In this document: in pieces, positions 32,272 to 41,429 of the stretch
Position numbering within the stretch: position 1 is the first letter of the stretch
Layout: each line of letters opens with the position of its first letter
NCBI GenBank assembly: GCA_035285545.1
Contig: JAYKGY010000021.1
Location: 12,127 to 76,126 of the forward strand
Reading direction: 5' to 3'
DNA: 64,000 nt
Origin: Snowella sp.
Lineage (GTDB): Bacteria > Cyanobacteriota > Cyanobacteriia > Cyanobacteriales > Microcystaceae
The notes under the pieces: model-generated
Database searches by the model: none
What the model was told of the DNA's origin: nothing
What the model saw: only the letters and a program-made list of their open reading frames with translations
Position numbers and translations under genes: made by a program

Positions 32272-33708
32272 GTGCAACTCAAAAACTACGATCCCCAGTC
32301 ATTTTATGATGAATTGTTTTCTGGGCCGGGTGCGCCGCGTCCCCATGCCGCCTCTCTCATTCAGTGGATGCAACAACAGCCGCCTGAAACCTTACAAAAA
32401 CACCACGAAACCGCGCAGTTAGCGTTATTTAATTTGGGTGTAACCTTTCGAGTCTATAGCGATCAGCAGGGTGTAGAACGGATTTTCCCCTTTGATATTA
32501 TTCCTCGAATTATTAATGCGGACGATTGGCGATCGCTGGAAAGAGGACTCAAACAACGCATTAAAGCGTTAAATTACTTTTTAAATGATATTTATGGGGC
32601 GCAACAAATTATTCATGACGGCAAAATCCCGATGGAAATCATTGCCTCAGCCAGTGGTTTTCTCAAACCCTGCTTAGGAATAAAACCGCCTGCGGGGGTG
32701 TGGTGTCACATTACGGGAACGGATTTAGTACGGGACAAAGACGGGACTTGGTATGTTTTAGAGGATAATTTGCGGGTTCCTTCGGGAATTTCCTATGTTT
32801 TGGAAAATCGTCGGGTGATGAAAAGTACCTTTCCTGAGATCTTTCAAACAATGGCTATCCAACCCGTTGATGACTATCCCAGCCATTTACTAGAAACCTT
32901 GCTCAATTTAGCCCCGCCCCAATTACCCAATCCTAGAGTGGTTGTGCTTAGCCCTGGCATTTATAACTCAGCCTATTTTGAACATTCTTTTCTGGCCCAA
33001 CAGATGGGGGTGGAATTAGTTGAAGGTCGCGATTTAGTCGTCGTTGATGGCTATTTACAAATGCGGACAACGAAAGGTTTATGTCGAGTCGATGTGATTT
33101 ACCGTCGTTTGGATGATGAATTTTTAGATCCCCAGGTTTTTCGTCCCGATTCTTTTTTAGGTATCCCTGGAATTATGGAGGTCTATCGTCAAGGAAAAGT
33201 CGCGATCGCGAACGCACCAGGAACGGGGGTAGCTGATGACAAGGTAATTTACGCTTATGTGCCCGACATGATTCGCTATTATCTCAACGAAGAGCCTTTA
33301 TTATCAAACGTACCGACCTATTTGTGTTGGCGCGATCAAGACCGAGAATATGTATTAGATCACTTACCCGAATTAGTGGTTAAATCGGCCAATGAAGCAG
33401 GAGGTTATGGAATGTTAATGGGGCCGAATTCTACCCCAACAGAACGGGCCGAATTTGCAGAAAAAATTAAAGCCAATCCGCGTAATTATATTGCCCAACC
33501 TGTTTTAAGTTTGTCCTGTGTTCCCACGTTAATTGATGGACAAATTGAAAGTCGCCATGTGGATTTACGACCCTATATTTTAAATCGCGGTGAAGAAATT
33601 TATGTTCATCCAGGCGGATTAACCCGTGTGGCGTTACGCAAAGGCTCATTAGTGGTTAATTCTTCCCAAGGCGGCGGCAGCAAAGACACTTGGGTTTTAA
33701 GTAAATAA
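32272..33708 (+). CDS. Circularly permuted type 2 ATP-grasp protein
   Basis: FPFDIIPR, GTDLVR, VLEDNLRVPSGISY, GVADDK, HVDLRP, VNSSQGGGSKDTWVL. Confidence 0.93.
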   Translation: MQLKNYDPQSFYDELFSGPGAPRPHAASLIQWMQQQPPETLQKHHETAQLALFNLGVTFRVYSDQQGVERIFPFDIIPRIINADDWRSLERGLKQRIKALNYFLNDIYGAQQIIHDGKIPMEIIASASGFLKPCLGIKPPAGVWCHITGTDLVRDKDGTWYVLEDNLRVPSGISYVLENRRVMKSTFPEIFQTMAIQPVDDYPSHLLETLLNLAPPQLPNPRVVVLSPGIYNSAYFEHSFLAQQMGVELVEGRDLVVVDGYLQMRTTKGLCRVDVIYRRLDDEFLDPQVFRPDSFLGIPGIMEVYRQGKVAIANAPGTGVADDKVIYAYVPDMIRYYLNEEPLLSNVPTYLCWRDQDREYVLDHLPELVVKSANEAGGYGMLMGPNSTPTERAEFAEKIKANPRNYIAQPVLSLSCVPTLIDGQIESRHVDLRPYILNRGEEIYVHPGGLTRVALRKGSLVVNSSQGGGSKDTWVLSK

Positions 33709-33730
33709 TTTCAATATTATGATAACCATC

Positions 33731-33786
33731 TATTAACTATTAACTATTAACTATTAACTATTAACTATTAACTATTAACTATTAAC
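33731..33786. repeat. Heptamer tandem repeat (TATTAAC)x8, STRR-like
   Basis: Eight perfect copies counted directly; ends 8 nt before the alpha-E ATG. Confidence 0.97.
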
Positions 33787-33794
33787 TACAAAAA

Positions 33795-34769
33795 ATGCTA
33801 AGTCGAGTTGCAGATTCTATTTATTGGTTAAATCGCTATATTGAACGGGCGGAAAATGTAGCACGTTTTGTGGATGTCAATTTAAATTTAATGTTGGATC
33901 TTCCCAGTGGAGTTAATCAACAGTGGGAACCCTTGGTTTTAACGACAGGAGATTTGGCTTTTTTTAAGGAAAATTATGGAGCCGTTAATCCGAATCATGT
34001 TATTAATTTTCTAACCTTTGATCAGCAATATTCCAACTCGATTATTTCCTGTCTGTATATGGCACGGGAAAATGCGCGATCAATTCGGGAAATTATTTCC
34101 TCGGAAATGTGGGAAGAGGTGAATCAGTTTTATTTAATGGTGAAAGAAGCGGCAGAACATCCTCCTCAAAATATTCCTAGCTTTTTTACTCAGGTAAAAT
34201 TGGCTAGTCATCGTTTTGCAGGGGTGATGGATGCGACCATGACCCACAATGAGGGCTGGCATTTTGGGCAAATGGGCCGTTTTCAGGAACGGGCCGATAA
34301 AACAGCACGGATTTTGGATGTGAAATATTTTTATCTCTTGCCTTCAGCAGAATGGGTGGGAACGCCTTTGGATCAAATCGAATGGATTGCGTTGCTCAAA
34401 TCCGCCAGTGCCTATGAAATGTACCGTAAATGCCAACGACGTATTACTCCTAGCAATGTAGCTGAGTTTTTGATTCTCAATCGCGAGTTTCCTCGGTCTA
34501 TCTATTTCTGTTTGCAGGAACTCCAGCGATCGCTGCATTCAATTACGGGAAGTCCTGTCGGAACTTGGACGAATGCGGCGGAACGAGATTTGGGGCGTTT
34601 ATGTGGGGAATTAAGCTATTTAACCATTGAAGAAATTATTAAATCGGGTTTACACGAATTTTTAGATTCCATTCAAGGTCGTGTCAATGATATCGGGGTC
34701 AAAATGGCTCAGACGTTCTTTGTCAATGAACCCGTTTTATCCCTCTCCCAATCCCAATATCAAAATTAA
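33795..34769 (+). CDS. Alpha-E domain protein (DUF403)
   Basis: MLSRVADSIYWLNRYIERAEN, ARENAR, ERADKTARILDVK, FPRSI. Confidence 0.93.
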   Translation: MLSRVADSIYWLNRYIERAENVARFVDVNLNLMLDLPSGVNQQWEPLVLTTGDLAFFKENYGAVNPNHVINFLTFDQQYSNSIISCLYMARENARSIREIISSEMWEEVNQFYLMVKEAAEHPPQNIPSFFTQVKLASHRFAGVMDATMTHNEGWHFGQMGRFQERADKTARILDVKYFYLLPSAEWVGTPLDQIEWIALLKSASAYEMYRKCQRRITPSNVAEFLILNREFPRSIYFCLQELQRSLHSITGSPVGTWTNAAERDLGRLCGELSYLTIEEIIKSGLHEFLDSIQGRVNDIGVKMAQTFFVNEPVLSLSQSQYQN

Positions 34770-34774
34770 TTTAA

Positions 34775-35680
34775 ATGTTGTATCAGGTACACCACAAAAC
34801 GATTTATACCTACAATCAACCTGTTTTTTTTAAACCCCATCTTTTACGTTTCCGTCCCCAATCGAATGGCTGGCAAACCTTAAGGGATTTTTCATTAAAG
34901 GTAATCCCTGAACCTTCGGGAATGGCTGAGTTAACGGATCTAGATGGTAATAGTTTGCAAAAAATTTGGTTTACGTCTGCAACCGAACAATTAACCTTAG
35001 AAATTAATTCTATTATTGAAACCCATATTGATAATCCTTTTAATTTCCTCTTGGAACCTTGGGCTTTAAAGTTACCGATTGATTATCCCCAATCCTTATA
35101 TCAACAACTCCAACCTTACCTACAACCCTATAGTGTGATTCCCGACGCGATCGCGCTTAATTTAGGTCAAGAAATTGCCCAACAAACCCAACGCCATACC
35201 CTTTCTTTTCTTAGTGTGTTAAATCAACGCATTTATGAAAGCTGTGACTATATTGTGCGGGAAACGGGGGAACCCTGGGAAGCGGGCGTAACCTGGCAAA
35301 GAAAACAGGGTTCCTGTCGAGATTTAACGGTTTTATTTATGGAAGTCTGTCGGGCGATGGGGTTAGCGGCTCGTTTTGTCAGTGGCTACCAGGAAGGGGA
35401 TTTAGAAAAGGATGGTTGGGAGTTACACGCTTGGGCGGAGGTTTATTTACCCGGTGGCGGTTGGCGCGGTTACGATCCGACTCATGGCCTAGCTGTCAGC
35501 GATCGCCATATTGCCCTAGCCGCGAGTGCCATTCCCCATTACACGGCCCCTGTGGTGGGAGAAATTACGCCCGTAACGCCTGTGGTGAGTTCGGGTCAGG
35601 TCGTGCAGTCAACCCTACAAGCCGAAGTTTTTGTGAGATTAAAAGAGCCAGGAACCTTTATGTCTCAAACGATGTTTTAG
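34775..35680 (+). CDS. Transglutaminase-family protein
   Basis: GSCRD, ARFVSGY, HAWAEVY, GYDPT (Cys-His-Asp triad). Confidence 0.93.
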   Translation: MLYQVHHKTIYTYNQPVFFKPHLLRFRPQSNGWQTLRDFSLKVIPEPSGMAELTDLDGNSLQKIWFTSATEQLTLEINSIIETHIDNPFNFLLEPWALKLPIDYPQSLYQQLQPYLQPYSVIPDAIALNLGQEIAQQTQRHTLSFLSVLNQRIYESCDYIVRETGEPWEAGVTWQRKQGSCRDLTVLFMEVCRAMGLAARFVSGYQEGDLEKDGWELHAWAEVYLPGGGWRGYDPTHGLAVSDRHIALAASAIPHYTAPVVGEITPVTPVVSSGQVVQSTLQAEVFVRLKEPGTFMSQTMF

Positions 35681-35823
35681 GTCAAGCGCGATCGCGAGAA
35701 GTAACTATAATGGGATTAATAATCAACGTAAAAAATCTTTATTAATCCGTAATCTATTTACAGGTGAAGCAGCCTCAAATTATTGTTGTTTATAATTCAG
35801 AAGAGAAAGTAAAGGAGAGAGTT

Positions 35824-37152
35824 ATGACAACAACGCTACGGGCAAAATTTTTAGAAGCCTCCAACAATCTCAAATTATTTCCTTTATTGAAAACAGAAGA
35901 ATTAGAAAAATTTGGGGTTATTTACGACACAGAGACCTTACTTGATCTACGTCAACGCATTGAAGACGGGCCCAACAATAGCAAAATTATTTTGTCAGGA
36001 CACACAGGTTGTGGGAAGTCTACCTTATTAGCACGATTAGCCCATAACGAGTGCCGAGACAACTTTTTTGTCACTTTCTTTTCTTTGGCAGAAGCGATTG
36101 AAAACTCTGATGTTAATTATATCAATATTCTATTTGCGATTGGATTAAAATTATTAGAGAAAGCTGATAAAGAAGGCTTAGATTTCCCTGGTAGTATCAA
36201 AACGGATTTGATTAGTTGGTTTGCCAAGAAAGTCACGACACAAACGGCTGAATTTAAAGCAGAAGCAGGAGTTGGTGCAAATTTATTAGAATGGCTAATT
36301 TTAAAGCTAAAAGTTGATGCAGGTTTTCGGCACGAAATTAAACAGGAATACGCGCCTAAAGTTTCAGAATTAGTTGCTAAAATTAATGAAATTGCTGCAA
36401 TTATTAATACCGTTACTGATAAGCGAATCTTAGTAATTATTGACGATATTGATAAACTTGATCGCAATATTATTTTAGAGACTTTTCATGGCAATATTAA
36501 GTCTTTATTTTTACCAAATTTTTGTGTAATTTATACCTTACCCATTTGGGCATTACGGGATGGTGAAGTTTTACCGACTTTACAGAGTGAAACAAGCGAT
36601 CAAATTGTTTCCATGCGAGTAATGAAGCTTTATGCCAAAGGTGAAACTCGCAAGCCAGATCCAAAACCTGAAGACAAAGCAATTAAAACATTTAGGGAAA
36701 TTTTACGATTACGCTTAGACCGAGAATCCTATTTAAACAATCCAGACAGTGAAAGTGAATTAATTGATGAAGAAGCGATAGAAAAAGCAATTTTATATAG
36801 TGGTGGCGTGTTACGGGAGTTAATTCGTATTGCCAATGAATGTTGTCGCATCTGTTTACGAATTTTATTGCAGGAACCTGAAAAAGTAATCAAAATTGAT
36901 TTAGATGTTTTAGAAATTGCCGTTAATAATTTACGAATTCAGATGGCAAGGCCATTAGGTAAAAAGCGTTATGAAATTTTACAGCAAGTTTATCAAACCT
37001 ACGCCCCTGATGATTCGGAAGATCCTGACTTTTTGGTGCTGTTAAAGTTATTAGGCATTATTGAATATCGCAATTATCGAGAATGGTACGATGTTCATCC
37101 CATTCTTGTTGATTTAGTGCAGGAGTGGGAAAGAAATCATGCAAGCAGTTGA
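35824..37152 (+). CDS. P-loop NTPase (AAA/KAP-like)
   Basis: Walker A GHTGCGKS, Walker B VIIDDIDK, SGGVLRELIR, WYDVHP; ATG 35824 preceded by AAGGAG. Confidence 0.85.
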   Translation: MTTTLRAKFLEASNNLKLFPLLKTEELEKFGVIYDTETLLDLRQRIEDGPNNSKIILSGHTGCGKSTLLARLAHNECRDNFFVTFFSLAEAIENSDVNYINILFAIGLKLLEKADKEGLDFPGSIKTDLISWFAKKVTTQTAEFKAEAGVGANLLEWLILKLKVDAGFRHEIKQEYAPKVSELVAKINEIAAIINTVTDKRILVIIDDIDKLDRNIILETFHGNIKSLFLPNFCVIYTLPIWALRDGEVLPTLQSETSDQIVSMRVMKLYAKGETRKPDPKPEDKAIKTFREILRLRLDRESYLNNPDSESELIDEEAIEKAILYSGGVLRELIRIANECCRICLRILLQEPEKVIKIDLDVLEIAVNNLRIQMARPLGKKRYEILQQVYQTYAPDDSEDPDFLVLLKLLGIIEYRNYREWYDVHPILVDLVQEWERNHASS

Positions 37153-38806
37153 TTCAATCCAGTTATCCGCAGCGAATCAAGACAGTTTTCAAGATCTCTT
37201 AATTGCGATTGAAGCCGGTCAGGGAGATTTAAATTTATTGTTGGCAATTTGTGATAATAAAAAATATCGAGAATTTTTAATTAATAATTATGAACAGTTT
37301 CTTGAACAAATGGGCATTCGTTCCTATCGTGTTCAACTGAATCCTGAAGATCCAAGTTTATATCAAGTGTTAGCTAATCTCTATCACTCAGAAAGGTATT
37401 TACAAAATCAGGAAAAGTCAGTGGTAACGGTTTTAGGAGCAACCGATTTATTATCGCTAAAATTAGGCGAAAAGCGTTCCCAGTTAGAAATTTTTTGTGG
37501 TTATTTGCAATATACCAGAGAAGGCTTACGAGAGTTTCCTTTTCCAGTAGTGTTATGGTTAACAAATTTTATTCATGATCAAATTGCTGAAAAAGCGAAT
37601 GATTTTTACAGTTGGCGGCGAGGCGTTTTCTTTTTCACTCCTGAACCAAGTTTTCAAGAAAATATTGATGATAATAAAGTTATTTATTTTATACAAGATC
37701 AAGAATTGAATTTTGGGAATATTGAGCAGCAAGGTATTGGAATACTTAAAATTGAAGATTTACAAGCATTATTACAAGCATTAATTGATCAAAAGAAAGG
37801 AACTGCTGATCAAAATTTGGCAACACTATACAATAGCTTGGGAATTGCTTATCAGCAGAAGTTAGATAATGGCCAATCAACTGATTATAAAGCAGACTTG
37901 CAAGCAGCCATTTCCGCTTTACAAAAAGCAATTGAATTACAATCCTCTTTAAACTTAGAAATTGATTTAGCAAGGAGCTTAAATAATTTAGCTTCTCTTT
38001 ATAAATCACAAGGAAAATACCTAGATGCAGAATATCTCTTAAAAAAATCACTTGCTATTCACGAAAAACAACTAGGAGAAAACCATCTTCATGTTGCTAC
38101 AATTCTTAACAATTTAGCAGAACTTTATGATTCTCAAGGAAAATATTTGGATGCAGAACCTCTCCTTATAAAATCTCTTACTATCCGACACAAGCAACTA
38201 GGAGAAAATCATCCTGCTAGTGCTCAAAGTCTCAACAATCTAGCAAGTCTTTATCAGTCACAAGGAAAATACGCAGAAGCTGAACCCCTTTATTTGCAAT
38301 CACTAGCTATTGCTAAAAAATTAGGAGAAAATTATCCTGATTTTTCCATCAGTCTTAACAATCTGGCAGAGCTTTACCGATCCCAAGGAAGATATTCAGA
38401 AGCTGAACCTCTATCTTTAAGATCCCTAACTATTGTTGAAAAACAATTAGGCAAAAATCATCCTGCTGTTGCAACTAGTCTCAACAATCTTGCATTACTT
38501 TATTATGATCAAGGGAAATATGAAGAAGCGGAACCTCTTTTGGTAAGATCTCTTGCTATTAATGAAAAGCAGTTAGGGAAAAATCATCCTGTTTTTGCAA
38601 CTGGACTTAACAATCTTGCATTAGTTTACTATGCCCAAGGAAAATACCCTAAAGCAGCTTCTCTTTATCAAAGAGCGATCGCGATCGCTACTCAGATTTT
38701 TGGGCAAGATCATCCTAATACGCAAACAATTTCTAACAATTACTTAAAAATGCTCAATGAAGAGGGTAATCAAAATAAATCAAAAAATCAGTCTTTAGAC
38801 TCTTAA
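37139..38806 (+). CDS. TPR protein (six ~42-aa kinesin-light-chain-like repeats) with an N-terminal alpha/beta domain
   Basis: Repeats LNNLAxLYxxQGKYxxAEPL...LGENHP; N-terminal RE...FPFPVVLWL...ANDFYSWRRGVFFF; 14-nt overlap with the NTPase. Confidence 0.88.
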   Translation: MQAVDSIQLSAANQDSFQDLLIAIEAGQGDLNLLLAICDNKKYREFLINNYEQFLEQMGIRSYRVQLNPEDPSLYQVLANLYHSERYLQNQEKSVVTVLGATDLLSLKLGEKRSQLEIFCGYLQYTREGLREFPFPVVLWLTNFIHDQIAEKANDFYSWRRGVFFFTPEPSFQENIDDNKVIYFIQDQELNFGNIEQQGIGILKIEDLQALLQALIDQKKGTADQNLATLYNSLGIAYQQKLDNGQSTDYKADLQAAISALQKAIELQSSLNLEIDLARSLNNLASLYKSQGKYLDAEYLLKKSLAIHEKQLGENHLHVATILNNLAELYDSQGKYLDAEPLLIKSLTIRHKQLGENHPASAQSLNNLASLYQSQGKYAEAEPLYLQSLAIAKKLGENYPDFSISLNNLAELYRSQGRYSEAEPLSLRSLTIVEKQLGKNHPAVATSLNNLALLYYDQGKYEEAEPLLVRSLAINEKQLGKNHPVFATGLNNLALVYYAQGKYPKAASLYQRAIAIATQIFGQDHPNTQTISNNYLKMLNEEGNQNKSKNQSLDS

Positions 38807-38937
38807 AGGTTAATTTTGGCGAACTTTTCTAAATTTTTGCCAAATTATGCGTTTTTGGGCACTCCAACAGGAAGCACTTAAACCTTAACCGAATCAACGA
38901 TAATAAAATCATAAGGTTGCTTCAATGAGGACGCAGT

Positions 38938-40080
38938 GTGCTGTTAACCAAAGGCGTAGAAGTCGAAATTTATACCGGAACTCCCGAAGGTGAAATTGTG
39001 GGCTTATCCGATCGCATTGTGCGGGATCTCGATGGCTTTGTACGAGAACCCGATAGCCGAAACGTGGAATATACCACAGCCCCTTTGACAAGTTATGACC
39101 GCTTGCTCTGTGCCCTAGTGCGTCCTAGACAGCAATTACGCAAGTATTTACATAAACTCGGTAACTATACGTTAATTCCAGGAAGTTGCTTACCGTTGGG
39201 GGGCGGCGATCGCTTCTATCGATCTGATCCACAAAATCCTTACCACAGCTATATTGAACAAACCTATGGAACCAAAGTTGTTACCGCCAGCGTTCACCTC
39301 AATATTGGCATTAGCGATCCGGATTTACTCCTGCAAGCTTGTCGGCTGATACGGGTAGAAGCTCCCTTATTTTTAGCCCTGAGTGCTTCCTCTCCGTTTT
39401 TTGATGGCAAAATTACCGGCTCCCACTCCACTCGCTGGCAAGTTTTCCCCAAAACCCCGACTCACGTTCCTCTATTCCGTAGTCACGCCCACTTTATTAA
39501 ATGGACAGAAGCACAATTAGTTTTAGGTACGATGCAAAATGTTCGCCATCTGTGGTCGTGCGTCAGACCGAATGGGGACAATCGCCCCTACAATTTAAAT
39601 CGCTTAGAACTGCGAATTTGTGATTTAGTCAGCAATCCTCTCTCTTTATTGGCGATTATTGCTCTTCTAGAGGCTCGAATTACGCAAATGTTGGAAAATC
39701 CGAAGATTGATCCCCTTCAGCAAAGTATTTTTTCTCCTGACGAACTGACTCAAATTAGCGATGGGAATGAAGCAGCAGCAGCCCAACGGAGCTTAGATGC
39801 CACCTTGCAACATTGGCAGGATGGGCGAACCCTGTCAGCTAGAGACTGGATTGAAGAACTCTATGAAGAAGTTTACCCGTTAGCCAAAAGTAAAGGGTTT
39901 AGCTGTTTTTTGTCCCCCCTCAAACAAATCCTCCGCCAAGGAAATCAGGCTCAACAATGGCTCCAGCAAGCGGAAGAGGGGCTTTCTTTGCCAACCATTA
40001 TTCAACAGGCGATTCAAACGACCGAAGAGCAGGAAAAAGTTTTGGAAGACAGCCTCTGTCAACCTGGCGTATTGGCTTAA
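38938..40080 (+). CDS. gshA: Glutamate--cysteine ligase, cyanobacterial type
   Basis: LLTKGVEVEIYTG, EPDSRNVEYTT, TASVHLNIG, NRLELRICDL. Confidence 0.93.
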   Translation: MLLTKGVEVEIYTGTPEGEIVGLSDRIVRDLDGFVREPDSRNVEYTTAPLTSYDRLLCALVRPRQQLRKYLHKLGNYTLIPGSCLPLGGGDRFYRSDPQNPYHSYIEQTYGTKVVTASVHLNIGISDPDLLLQACRLIRVEAPLFLALSASSPFFDGKITGSHSTRWQVFPKTPTHVPLFRSHAHFIKWTEAQLVLGTMQNVRHLWSCVRPNGDNRPYNLNRLELRICDLVSNPLSLLAIIALLEARITQMLENPKIDPLQQSIFSPDELTQISDGNEAAAAQRSLDATLQHWQDGRTLSARDWIEELYEEVYPLAKSKGFSCFLSPLKQILRQGNQAQQWLQQAEEGLSLPTIIQQAIQTTEEQEKVLEDSLCQPGVLA

Positions 40081-40239
40081 ATGCCTCAAAAAGTATCAAG
40101 AGATACCATTTAGAGTTTATAAAAATTAATCAGTCTGTTAAGCCGAATAATTGATAAAGAAAAGCTATCAATTTATGGGTCATTTGCTAAATTACCATAA
40201 GTAAAGCTTTAGTAATCTTATAGGGAGTAATTATACTTA

Positions 40240-40725
40240 ATGGTTAAGGTTGTCTTGGTTCATCCCCAAATTCCCCCCAATACAGGTAATATTGCCCGAA
40301 CCTGTGCCGCTTTAGAAACTGAACTACATCTGGTGGGGCCGCTAGGGTTTGAACTCAGCGATCGCTACTTAAAGCGAGCCGGACTAGACTATTGGCCTCA
40401 TGTCAAACTGCACTATCACCTTACGCTAGAAGCCTTTCAGGATTACCATAGAGAACAGGGAGGGCGTTTAGTTGGGTTTAGTGTTAGAGGAACTCAAAAC
40501 TATCTATCATACCACTTTGAGGCAGAGGATTGGTTGGTTTTTGGCAGCGAAACCGATGGCTTTCCCCCAGCGTTCTACTCCACCTGCACGGATTTAGTGT
40601 ATATTCCGATGCCCCATGCTGAAATTAGAAGCTTGAACCTCTCCGTCAGTGTGGGAATTGGCCTCTTTGAAGCCTATCGGCAACTCAGTTTTTTTCCGCC
40701 AGAAGGGAAGTTAAATCGGGCCTAG
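40240..40725 (+). CDS. trmL: tRNA (cytidine/uridine-34-2'-O)-methyltransferase, SPOUT family
   Basis: PQIPPNTGNIARTC, KRAGLDYW, FGSET, RSLNLS. Confidence 0.93.
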   Translation: MVKVVLVHPQIPPNTGNIARTCAALETELHLVGPLGFELSDRYLKRAGLDYWPHVKLHYHLTLEAFQDYHREQGGRLVGFSVRGTQNYLSYHFEAEDWLVFGSETDGFPPAFYSTCTDLVYIPMPHAEIRSLNLSVSVGIGLFEAYRQLSFFPPEGKLNRA

Positions 40726-41429
40726 CTCAGGATTTTTAACCCTATTCAATAAGCCGAGAGAGATTGGAGCCACCTAATTTATTCTTAATAGAATGGGGTC
40801 TATGGATTCATCCCTCTCAACAAAAGATTAATCTTATACTGGTTCTAGAGATTTGAGTTATTGGCGATCGCTAAACCCTTGGCAGAGAAGTCACCACAGG
40901 ATTTTATTTAACAATGATTCGCTTTCTCGATCCTTAAAAATCTGAGTTAAGGATCGAAGCATTGAATAATTAGGCGGCAAGCTTCCGTATATCTACTGAA
41001 CTGTTGGGGAGACAAACCAAGGATTGATAAGAAATTCCTATCGTTCTGGCGTGGACAAGCGAGCAAAATCCGATAGATTTCTCTCATCGTTGATCCCCCA
41101 ATTGTTTTCCTTAAATCTTCTGTGTTAACCTTTCCAAGAAGTTCTGCAATTCAGCCAGAAAGCGACTTAGAAAAGAAACATTATGAAGAAACTTACGTCA
41201 ACTGCTCAAGCTTACCCACCGTGTTGGGTCGAGTTGCCTTTAGGCGCAAGGAAAGTGGATTACCCTTGTCGAAATCTGTAAAGCAGGTTAATCTTGCATA
41301 GCAAAACCAATTTGTTTAGTACAAGGTTGAGATAGTGATTCATTTAAACAAAGTTCTTCGTAACTTTTCGGCTGTCCTCAACAGCAATTAAGCGTTTTAC
41401 ACGCTCGTTCACACACTAGGAGGTTCTTC

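Noticed and set aside
33731..33786. Possible CRISPR array
   Set aside because: Spacer-less heptamer tandem; no cas genes or repeat-spacer arrays seen anywhere in the window
37960..38720. ~126-nt DNA repeats as a possible diversity-generating retroelement or array
   Set aside because: Explained by TPR coding repeats; no reverse transcriptase or adenine-specific template/variable pair seen
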